The notes below the pieces were generated by a model that was not told the DNA's origin, did not search any database, and saw only the letters and a program-made list of their open reading frames with translations. Position numbers and translations under genes: made by a program. Positions 37,480 to 45,868 of a DNA stretch of 64,000 nucleotides are shown here, one piece after another. The stretch spans positions 2,336,001-2,400,000 of the forward strand of contig CATQHZ020000001.1 in NCBI GenBank assembly GCA_958296135.2, given 5' to 3'. The DNA comes from an uncultured Poribacteria bacterium. Lineage in GTDB: Bacteria; Poribacteria; WGA-4E; WGA-3G. Position 1 is the stretch's first letter, and each line of letters begins with the position of its first letter.

Positions 37480-39168
37480 CTACGCAAAACATTTTTCCCA
37501 GCGCGGGAGGAACCCCTCCGTCAAAAAACTGTCGAGCCGCCAGAGATGCTTTTGCGGTTCCTTCTGAAAAAAGGTACCCATTGCCAATACCAGCGTGTCG
37601 CTGAAAGCGTGCTGGGTTTCCATCTGTCCAAGCGTCTCGTATGTGTGCAGGAGTGCAACGTGGATGCGGAGGAAGTTCAACGCGGCAAGACTGAAGGCGT
37701 TGAGTTTCAGGTGCCCATCAGCAGTCTTCTCCCAAGCCCATTCGGGTTGATAGTGCCGGGCTAGTTGCGTTTTACAGTGCTGCACGGCTTCTTCGATGAC
37801 CGCGCTTGCAACACGCCTTTGCAACTGACATGCCAAATCTTGCTTTAAACGGTGCCGAGCCTCTTCAGAAACCACCCACGTATGAAATACCTCGGCGGCG
37901 CGCGCGAAGCATTTGCGAAGATCGGCGAGCGTCAAGTCCAACTTACTCGGAAAATTCTTGAGCAGCGAAGAACTCGGCAGCAGATGCGCCTGCTCCGGAT
38001 GCAGCATCAAGAACTTATACTCCACAGCATCCGCTAAGAGCTCCGCGACAATCGGCGTGAAGGCAATGATAGAACGTTCATAAAACTCGGCATCTATGAA
38101 TTGCCGGAGTTTCGTCGGGTTGAGACAGACTTCTCCTGAATCGGTGATAACAAACGCCCCAGCAAATGTTGTGGGCTCGCCTAAAACGGAAGCACCCTCC
38201 GTTAACGAGAACGGCCGATGAAAGTCAGCCAGTTTCCGATAAGGCTCTTCAAAATCGAGCAAACTCTCCTGCCACTGATGCCCCCATGTATCGTGAATGA
38301 GAAACTGGTCCAGTTCATCTAACGGCAGGAAGCCTATCATCCGGGTCAGCATCGCGGTAGTCAATTCAATCGAGAGCCCTGTATCTGCCGCAATTTGCTG
38401 CCGCAAGGCGAAATCCACTTTCTCGGCATCAAAGGTGCTGAACACGGGAAAGTGCGCGAACGGTTCCACCTGCCAAATTCTTTGGAGAAATAGGGTGCCT
38501 GCAGACGGTTGGCACGCTTCCTTCACCGTGGGCAGACAGAAATAGAGCGCGGAGGCAGTTTTGACTAACTTTACCTCGCCTGTCTTAAAAGGCGCATCAG
38601 GATAGAGGCACCGAAAAAAGCGCAAGACAGCAGCATCTAAATCGGGGGCATGGGATACCAGCTCGAACCGCGTCTCTAAACTCTGCATAATCTGATGCCG
38701 ATAGGCAAGCGGCGCGGTGCGGCTAGCAAGCTGCCACTCCAACGCCTTTCTCGCCTCAGCATCAATACTAAATCCCTGTTGGATGCGGTGCATCAACTTT
38801 TCTCTCTCGGCCGGATGCGCCGGCGCATCCGGTGCAAAGCGCGTGAAGATTTTAGAACCTGCCGTATCAAGGTTCTCAATCTCTCGATGATGGACAAGTG
38901 CAGGATACCGTTCAAGAGACAGCCAGACAGACTCGATGAAAGCAGCATCGACAGCAGGGCTGTCAACGCACTGTTTGACATCACGGCGCGTGGCTTTGGA
39001 GGTGACAGACACCAATTCATCATGCAGCGCGTAGAAGGTTTCAAGCGCGTCCGTTTCCTTCTCCTTGCTGAGTTGCTGCGCGCATCCTTCAAACGCCTGC
39101 AACCGCTCCAAGACAGCTTCCCAATGGCAGGAGATATGATGCGTGCGCGAAGTGTAGGGGGTGTTCAT
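37480..39168 (-). CDS. Hypothetical protein (562 aa)
   Basis: Long ORF with GAGG RBS, co-oriented and 6 nt from the ATPase gene. Contains an HDTWGHQWQE motif. Confidence 0.7.
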   Translation of the reverse strand: MNTPYTSRTHHISCHWEAVLERLQAFEGCAQQLSKEKETDALETFYALHDELVSVTSKATRRDVKQCVDSPAVDAAFIESVWLSLERYPALVHHREIENLDTAGSKIFTRFAPDAPAHPAEREKLMHRIQQGFSIDAEARKALEWQLASRTAPLAYRHQIMQSLETRFELVSHAPDLDAAVLRFFRCLYPDAPFKTGEVKLVKTASALYFCLPTVKEACQPSAGTLFLQRIWQVEPFAHFPVFSTFDAEKVDFALRQQIAADTGLSIELTTAMLTRMIGFLPLDELDQFLIHDTWGHQWQESLLDFEEPYRKLADFHRPFSLTEGASVLGEPTTFAGAFVITDSGEVCLNPTKLRQFIDAEFYERSIIAFTPIVAELLADAVEYKFLMLHPEQAHLLPSSSLLKNFPSKLDLTLADLRKCFARAAEVFHTWVVSEEARHRLKQDLACQLQRRVASAVIEEAVQHCKTQLARHYQPEWAWEKTADGHLKLNAFSLAALNFLRIHVALLHTYETLGQMETQHAFSDTLVLAMGTFFQKEPQKHLWRLDSFLTEGFLPRWEKCFA

Positions 39169-39235
39169 GAATTCCTCCAGAGCCCAGTGAGCGCGATGGG
39201 CGAGCGCGCCGGACCGCCCGCCCAGGACATTCGTT

Positions 39236-40078
39236 TCACAGCGGCAGCTCCGAATCGGCACTCGCCGGCTGCTTTTGGGGCTCGGATTTCTGCGCCGTGG
39301 CGGTGTCAGTCTGCTGTGCACCGAAGATGAGGGAGTCAAATTCATCCGAGGTAGCCGTGGTGCGCGCAGCGGTGAGAAATTCTTCCTCTTCGGTACGCGA
39401 ATCGGTGCCAGCCAGCTCCTGCGCGACTTTCGAGCGTCCCTTCGCCTTCTCTCGAATCTCGCGCATCCGTGCCAATTCCGCGGAGGTGCCGTCCATACTG
39501 ATGCCGGAGAGCATATCGGCGATATCCTCTTGCTCGCGGGCCGTAATCAGATCGGCGACAGCTTCGGACTGCTCCTCTTTAATCTTGCTCAGGTCGCGGT
39601 GGAGCGTGGTTATTTGAAGTTTATGTGCTTCAATATCCTGCTGGGCACGCTCAATATCCGCCTCAAGTTCGGTGACACGCGCGTTTTTCTCCTCCAGCGT
39701 GGAGTGAAAATCGTTGTAGGCAGTGACACAGCGGACGTACTCCGCATGCTCCTTGATTTCGTCGGGAGTCATCCCAGAATTCTGCAGGCCGGTGGCGGTG
39801 CTTTTCGCCTTAGCAATCGCGCCCGACTTCAACTCCTCCAGCCGGCCAATGTCAGCAGTCAGGCTTTTTACCAAACCTTTCTTCTGTTCGACAAGTGCCA
39901 TGAGTTGCCCTATCGCTGCCTTGTAGCGTTGGATGTTCCCCATCTTGTCGTTGATGATGTCTTCATAAGCACCACGCACCGCTTCGGGGTTCTCCATCAT
40001 CCTATCGGCCGACTCGTGCGCGCGGCCGGTAAGCGTATACCAAATCGCTTTGAAAAAACGGCTGATTCCGTTTGCCAT
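39236..40078 (-). CDS. PspA/IM30-like coiled-coil protein
   Basis: N-terminal amphipathic helix (GISRFFKAIW), 'D.MENPE' motif and long heptad coiled coils, as in PspA/Vipp1. AGGAGG RBS present. Confidence 0.65.
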   Translation of the reverse strand: MANGISRFFKAIWYTLTGRAHESADRMMENPEAVRGAYEDIINDKMGNIQRYKAAIGQLMALVEQKKGLVKSLTADIGRLEELKSGAIAKAKSTATGLQNSGMTPDEIKEHAEYVRCVTAYNDFHSTLEEKNARVTELEADIERAQQDIEAHKLQITTLHRDLSKIKEEQSEAVADLITAREQEDIADMLSGISMDGTSAELARMREIREKAKGRSKVAQELAGTDSRTEEEEFLTAARTTATSDEFDSLIFGAQQTDTATAQKSEPQKQPASADSELPL

Positions 40079-40105
40079 TGTCGTTGTTCCTCCTGTTTTT
40101 CCCCC

Positions 40106-40170
40106 GGTAGGCGCGCGTTCTAAGCGCGCCCGCTCCTCCCTTGGAACACGGTTTCAAAACGCGCCTACCG
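40106..40170. repeat. Inverted REP doublet, family C (GGTAGGCGCG...CGCGCCTACC)
   Basis: Related copies at ~40992, 51421, 55091 (coding) and 60263. Confidence 0.65.
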
Positions 40171-40174
40171 AATA

Positions 40175-40981
40175 TTACTCAAAAGAGTTTTGTTCACTAT
40201 CACCTTGTTCTGGGGTTAACGCACGTAGCTGCGCCTCAACCTTCTTTGCGAAAGCAAGACTCTTATCAAGCTCCGCGCGGAGCCGCGAGAGCTCCGTATC
40301 ACTACTTTCAGGGCCAAGCGTCAACACCCGCGCATAGAGTTCGGAGAGCTGCACAATCGTCTGTTGAACATCCGCTATTTGCTGTTCCCGATGACGCACC
40401 AACACGCTTTTGACGGTGGCCCCCAACTGCGCATCTCTCGCCTTCTCGTGCATCTTCAGCGTATCTTTCAGGCATTGCACCGCCTGTGTAAAAAGCTGAG
40501 AGACTTTATCAGTAATTTCTGCGGAAACGGTGAGCGGTAGCATGCCCATCCAAGCACCGTTGCGTGCCTCCTCCTGAAAGGACTGATGCAAGGCGCGAAG
40601 TTCTTGGAGCATCGTCTCCGTGCGGGCATCCCCATCCGCCGCCAACTGCTGATGTAAGGCGTTAAGTTCCGCCTCCTGCTTCAGATTCACCTCGTTGAGG
40701 AGTTCCTCATGCACCTGCCTAGCGATAGCATCGGTGCCGGTTGTCCACTTGGTAATTATCGCACCCAACGGCACGAAGATACCGAGCACCACGCTAGCGA
40801 AGAGATAGAGAATCCCCGGCTCTAAATTGAGCACCCAAGCGGCAAAAGCAACCGATACTCCCGCAGCAAACGGGAAGATGACGTAAGAATTGCCGATAAG
40901 GTGGAGTAGGAATTTCTTCCGAAACAGTTTCCGATCGAGCACCTTTTTCACCGAGCCCCAGATTTTTAACAGGAATCGCAC
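40175..40981 (-). CDS. Membrane protein with two N-terminal TM helices and a C-terminal helical/coiled-coil region
   Basis: Two hydrophobic segments followed by a heptad-rich region. First gene of a four-gene run. Confidence 0.7.
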   Translation of the reverse strand: MRFLLKIWGSVKKVLDRKLFRKKFLLHLIGNSYVIFPFAAGVSVAFAAWVLNLEPGILYLFASVVLGIFVPLGAIITKWTTGTDAIARQVHEELLNEVNLKQEAELNALHQQLAADGDARTETMLQELRALHQSFQEEARNGAWMGMLPLTVSAEITDKVSQLFTQAVQCLKDTLKMHEKARDAQLGATVKSVLVRHREQQIADVQQTIVQLSELYARVLTLGPESSDTELSRLRAELDKSLAFAKKVEAQLRALTPEQGDSEQNSFE

Positions 40982-41186
40982 AGAATAAACCCGGTAGACG
41001 CGGTTTGCAACCGTGCGCTTTCGTCGTTTGCGCGCGATGCTATGAAGATTAAGGAAATAACCGGGCCATTTCTGGCACTAGATACGGACAGGTAGAGACA
41101 TCCGCCCTTACAAAGCACGCCTACCGAAAGTGCAGCAAATCCTATTAATTTCCTTTCTGCAGCAACTAGCAAACCTATTGTGACAA

Positions 41187-41268
41187 ATTATAGCATATTG
41201 TTTAGAAATTTGCAAGGAAAAAAATTTACAAAAAACGACTTGACAAGCATCCGAATTTCTGATTAAAT
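41187..41268. promoter_or_regulatory. Divergent sigma70-like promoters
   Basis: Minus strand: TTGCAA(41215-41210)-17-TATAAT with TG extension. Plus strand: TTGACA(41240)-17-TTAAAT. Confidence 0.6.
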
Positions 41269-41279
41269 AGTTATAGCAA

Positions 41280-43625
41280 ATGCAACAAAGAAGAAACCCG
41301 ATGATGATATATAAAACTTTTACTTATTGGCTATGGCTGATCGGATTCAGCGTGTTGGCACTTATTCTAGCGAACGTGCCGCTCTTTAATCTGCTCGCTT
41401 TTGAGTTCTGCGCCGTTATGGCACTCGGCATCGCAGGCGCAGGCGCGTTTATTGCGATAACAGTGCTACAGCAGATGAAACGGCACCCGGACGCGCTGAC
41501 CGGTTCGCCCGCACAGATTGTGATACGCTGTTTCTGGCACGCCCTGGCGGCGAACATCGTTGTCCTGATGGCACCCCTCGGCATCATGCTGCTGAACGCG
41601 CTCCGGGTGCAGAACTGCAATATCGGCGAAGGATTCCTCTTTTTCGGACTATTGCCCGGGGTCAGCTGCATTTACGCCACTGCCGCAGGCGTATTTTTCG
41701 GGACGTGGCGGCACACACGATGGAAGGCGTTCACCGCTTACATCGGCTACCTTGTCCTCACCTACATCCCATTAGTGATTAACCTCGTGTGGCATCCGCC
41801 GGTGTTTGCGTACCACGCGACGTTCGGGTATTTTCCAGGGCCGATTTACGATGAACGGATTGTGATAACTGGAACGCTGCTCATCGCGCGAACTTGCACC
41901 TTGCTAGGCGCGATGTTATTCTTAAGTATCGCCGCAAACGCTTGTACCGTCAACAGAGAGACAGGATGGGTACCACAACTCAAGTGGCGCGCTTTGTTAC
42001 AATTTCGTTCGATGAAACAATTTCCCATCTATTTCCTCGTCATCATCGTCTTCGGGATGTATCTCTACGCCAGCGAACTGGGGATTCGCCCCACACGGGA
42101 GGCTATTGCACGGAAACTGGGAGGCTTTCGGGAAACGGAGCATTTTGAAATCTACTACGCCACATCGCTAGGAGAGGAAATCGAACTGATTGCACAGGAC
42201 TGCGAATTTCAATACGCGGAATTAGCCGACTACTTGCGGACAGAAACGCCGCAGAAAGTGCGCGCCTACATTTATGCATCGCCTGAACAGAAGAAACGGT
42301 TAATTGGCGCGGGCGGCACTTCGGTGGAAGACCCGGTTGGACACGGCTTCCACATCCACGCGCAAGGTTTTCCGCATCCAGTGCTAAAACACGAACTGGC
42401 ACATGTCTTTACCGTGCCCTGGTCGCCCGTGAAAGTGAGTCTTAAAATTGGGCTGCACGAAGGCAGCGCCGTCGCTGCCGACTGGGACGAAGGGAGGTTG
42501 ACACCGCATCAATGGGCAAAGGCGATGCGACAACTTCAACTCGCGCCATCGCTCGCGGACATCATGGGCATCGGGTTTTGGGGACAGGCAGGTTCGCGGA
42601 GTTATCTGCTCGCGGGCTCGTTCGTGCGGTTCCTCGTGGATACGGACGGCATAGAAAAATTCACGCGTGTCTTTCCAACGGGTAATTTTGAGAAACATTA
42701 CGGAAAAGGGTTGCACGTGTTGGAAGCGGAGTGGGCAACATTTTTAGAAGGCGTTCCGTTGTCGGAATCGGCCATCGCCTACGCGAAAACCCGTTTACAG
42801 CCGGGAAGTATCTTTGAAAAGGTTTGCGCACACGAGATTGCGGATTTGCGGCACACCGCGTGGCTGGCATACCGCCGAAGAGATTTTGCTACCGCCGCGA
42901 AAACGTTTGAACAAATGCTCGCCTTTGAACCCCATAACGTGAGAAGCATGCGCGGGTTGATGTTCAGCACCTATCGAATGAAAGATTACGAACGCGCGCT
43001 ATCCCTCGCAAAGCTCCTCGCCGCTGACCCGGGCTCTGGAAACGTCGGGCGAGGGACAGGCCCCCGCCATGTAGGAAGTGCCCAGAGAGCCGAAGCACAA
43101 CTGTTAATCGGCGATATCCACTGGCTGAAGGATGAACACCCAGCGGCAATGAAAGCATACCTCGCTGTGAAAACGGCGGATGAGCGGAGGCAACTCAGCC
43201 TCTTCAAGCGGCTTGCCGCGCTGTCGGATGAAAACGGGACAGAACATCTCCGCAGCGTGCTGCTATCGCAGAAAAGTAACGCAGAAAAGATGGCGCGTTT
43301 ATCAACTCGCAAGGAGAGCCCTTTGGCACATTTCCTCGCCGGGGAACTGCTCCATAGAGAAGGCGCATGGGAGATGAGCAACCAACACCTCAAACAGGCA
43401 GTGGATATCGGCGAGAACCTGACAGCGCGTTCTCCCCAACTGCTGTTGGAAACCAGAAGATTGACCGGGCTTAATGCCTATCGTTTAGCAGATTATGAAA
43501 CTGCCGAAAATGCCTTCTCAGTGATAGCAAAAGACGCAACCTTGCCGCTAGGAACCGTATTGAACGCGCAAACGTGGATCCGCAGATGCCAGTGGGCGCG
43601 TCAAAATCAAAGGAAATCACCATGA
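41280..43625 (+). CDS. Membrane-anchored zinc metallopeptidase (gluzincin/MA-like) with C-terminal TPR-like repeats
   Basis: About 7 N-terminal TM helices, ETEHFEIYY, HELAH...LHEG.A, and helical repeats at the C-terminus. Confidence 0.75.
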   Translation: MQQRRNPMMIYKTFTYWLWLIGFSVLALILANVPLFNLLAFEFCAVMALGIAGAGAFIAITVLQQMKRHPDALTGSPAQIVIRCFWHALAANIVVLMAPLGIMLLNALRVQNCNIGEGFLFFGLLPGVSCIYATAAGVFFGTWRHTRWKAFTAYIGYLVLTYIPLVINLVWHPPVFAYHATFGYFPGPIYDERIVITGTLLIARTCTLLGAMLFLSIAANACTVNRETGWVPQLKWRALLQFRSMKQFPIYFLVIIVFGMYLYASELGIRPTREAIARKLGGFRETEHFEIYYATSLGEEIELIAQDCEFQYAELADYLRTETPQKVRAYIYASPEQKKRLIGAGGTSVEDPVGHGFHIHAQGFPHPVLKHELAHVFTVPWSPVKVSLKIGLHEGSAVAADWDEGRLTPHQWAKAMRQLQLAPSLADIMGIGFWGQAGSRSYLLAGSFVRFLVDTDGIEKFTRVFPTGNFEKHYGKGLHVLEAEWATFLEGVPLSESAIAYAKTRLQPGSIFEKVCAHEIADLRHTAWLAYRRRDFATAAKTFEQMLAFEPHNVRSMRGLMFSTYRMKDYERALSLAKLLAADPGSGNVGRGTGPRHVGSAQRAEAQLLIGDIHWLKDEHPAAMKAYLAVKTADERRQLSLFKRLAALSDENGTEHLRSVLLSQKSNAEKMARLSTRKESPLAHFLAGELLHREGAWEMSNQHLKQAVDIGENLTARSPQLLLETRRLTGLNAYRLADYETAENAFSVIAKDATLPLGTVLNAQTWIRRCQWARQNQRKSP

Positions 43626-45559
43626 AACTTTTTGTCCCGGGGCGAATCTGCCTCTTCGGCGAACACAGCGACTGGGCAGGCGGACATCGCCGAAGTAACG
43701 CACAACTTGAAAAAGGTTACACCCTCATTACTAGCACTAACCAGGGTGTCTACGCCGAAGTCCAGCCGCACCCGACATGCCTCACGCTGAAAACGAGTCT
43801 GAGCGATGGCACACGCCAAGGGCCTTATACCTTGCCGATGGAGCAAGACGCGCTCCTCGCCGAAGCGGAAAAAGGCGGCTTCTTTAGTTACGCAGCCGGC
43901 GTGGCATACCAAATCTTAACCAATTACCGCGTGCAAGGCCTGGAAATCGACAATTACCTCACCGATCTGCCGGTTAAGAAAGGGCTCTCCTCCAGTGCCG
44001 CCATCTGTGTCCTCGTCGCACGCGCGTTTAATCGCATCTATGATCTGAAAATGACAACGCGCGGCGAAATGGAATACGCCTATAGAGGCGAAACGACGAC
44101 ACCATCACGATGCGGTAGGATGGACCAGGGCTGTGCCTACACGCATCCTATCCTCATGACGTTTGACGGCGACCGGGTGGATGTCCGAGAAGTCAGTGTC
44201 CCCGAAGATATGTACCTCGTCATCGTTGACCTGGGCGCGGGGAAAGATACACGCCTGATTCTGAATCAACTCAACCACTGCTACCCGTTCGCCGAAACGC
44301 AGTTGGACCGGGATGTGCAGCACTACCTCGGGCCACTGAGTGCCGAAATAACGCAGACCGCCTATCAGGCGCTGCACCAAGGCGATGCAGCGGCAGTCGG
44401 TGGTTTAATGCTTCGGGCCCAACGAGAGTTTGACAAACACCTCATCCCGGCTTGTCCCACTGAATTGCGGGCTCCTGTCCTCCATCAGGTGCTTAATTAT
44501 GAGCCGATTCAGTCTTATATCTGGGGCGGCAAAGGTGTCGGCTCACAAGGCGACGGGTCCGCGCAATTCATCGCCAAAGACGAAGAAAGCCAACGGAAGC
44601 TTATTGAAATTATTGAACGCGATTTGGGGATGTCGTGCCTCAAGCTAGTCATCAAAGCGGGACGGCATATCCGCAAAGCAGTTATTCCGGCCGCGGGATT
44701 TGGCACGCGGCTCTTCCCTGCCTCCAAAGCACTCAAAAAGGAGTTATTCCCTGTCGTCGATAGCTCAGGGCGCGCGAAACCCGCAATTATGGCCATCGTC
44801 GAGGAAGCAGTCAACGCCGGCATTGAGGCGGTCTGCCTCATCGTCCAGAAAGGCGATACCGAACTCTTTGAATCCTTCTTCAAGACACCGCCGCGCATCG
44901 AGCACTTTAACAAACTCAGCAAGGAAAATCAGGCATACTGTGACTATGTGCTGGAACTTGGCCGGCGCGTGACACTCGTCACACAAGACGTTCAGGAGGG
45001 GTTCGGGCACGCCGTCTTCTGCGCACGAGACTGGGTAGGCAATGAACCCTTCCTGCTGATGCTTGGAGACCATCTTTACGGCTCCGATGAGGAGAACTCT
45101 TGTGCAAAGCAGGTTTTGGACGCGTACACACGCGTCCACCACAGCGTCGTCGGGTTAAAAGTTACCCCGATTGAAGAGTTGTCTAACTTCGGATGCGTTA
45201 CCGGGAAGTGGCAGGAAGAAAAGGGGCATCCGGAGCAACAGTCCCTGCTACAAGTGACAGAGTTTTACGAGAAGCCCGATGCAGAATACGCCCGCGAGTA
45301 TCTGCACGTTGATAGCATGGCACCCGATGAATTCCTGTCCGTTTTCGGCATCTACGCGCTCACGCCGCAGATATTTGCCTTCCTCGAACAGAACATCACG
45401 CACAACCACCGCGAGCACGGCGAATTTCAACTCACTTCTTGTTTAGATGAACTGCGCAAAGCGGAAGGGTTTTCGGGCTATCTTGTCAAGGGGAGACGCT
45501 TTGACATCGGGCTTCCGGAGGAATACCGGCAGACGGTTATCGATTTTCGGAATGCCTAA
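43622..45559 (+). CDS. Bifunctional GHMP sugar kinase / NTP-sugar-1-phosphate nucleotidyltransferase (GalU-like)
   Basis: PGRICLFGEHSD, PVKKGLSSSAA and CGRMDQ, followed by KAVIPAAGFGTRLFP, GFGHAV, LGD, EKP and DIG. ATGA overlap with the upstream gene. Confidence 0.85.
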   Translation: MKLFVPGRICLFGEHSDWAGGHRRSNAQLEKGYTLITSTNQGVYAEVQPHPTCLTLKTSLSDGTRQGPYTLPMEQDALLAEAEKGGFFSYAAGVAYQILTNYRVQGLEIDNYLTDLPVKKGLSSSAAICVLVARAFNRIYDLKMTTRGEMEYAYRGETTTPSRCGRMDQGCAYTHPILMTFDGDRVDVREVSVPEDMYLVIVDLGAGKDTRLILNQLNHCYPFAETQLDRDVQHYLGPLSAEITQTAYQALHQGDAAAVGGLMLRAQREFDKHLIPACPTELRAPVLHQVLNYEPIQSYIWGGKGVGSQGDGSAQFIAKDEESQRKLIEIIERDLGMSCLKLVIKAGRHIRKAVIPAAGFGTRLFPASKALKKELFPVVDSSGRAKPAIMAIVEEAVNAGIEAVCLIVQKGDTELFESFFKTPPRIEHFNKLSKENQAYCDYVLELGRRVTLVTQDVQEGFGHAVFCARDWVGNEPFLLMLGDHLYGSDEENSCAKQVLDAYTRVHHSVVGLKVTPIEELSNFGCVTGKWQEEKGHPEQQSLLQVTEFYEKPDAEYAREYLHVDSMAPDEFLSVFGIYALTPQIFAFLEQNITHNHREHGEFQLTSCLDELRKAEGFSGYLVKGRRFDIGLPEEYRQTVIDFRNA

Positions 45560-45584
45560 GGGGGCCTGATGCGTCTTCCACGGC

Positions 45585-45845
45585 ATAGCGAGGGAGAGGG
45601 ACAGGCAGCTGGCCTACCTTTCTCCTTTCGGAGCGCGGGGGGCTGTCCCCCCGAAACTTTGTCATCTCTGCAGCCTCGCTGCAGAGATGTCCACTGTCCC
45701 CCGCGATCGCTCAACATCAGAGAATTTCAGCCCTATTCAAGTGGACATCTGTGCAGGAAGATGGACGCTCAGGTTTCCCTGAGCGTCTTGACAGGCGTGC
45801 CCCTGCACAGATGACAGCGTTTCGGCGTAACGGCCCTCGCCCGAC
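45585..45845. repeat. Nested REP cluster between convergent genes
   Basis: Family A remnants, a 50-bp element copy (~45650-45695), and a variant (45741-45830) whose loop holds an extra hairpin GACGCTCAGG-TTTC-CCTGAGCGTC. Confidence 0.75.
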
Positions 45846-45868
45846 AGGGATGCTAATAGTCTTCGGAA

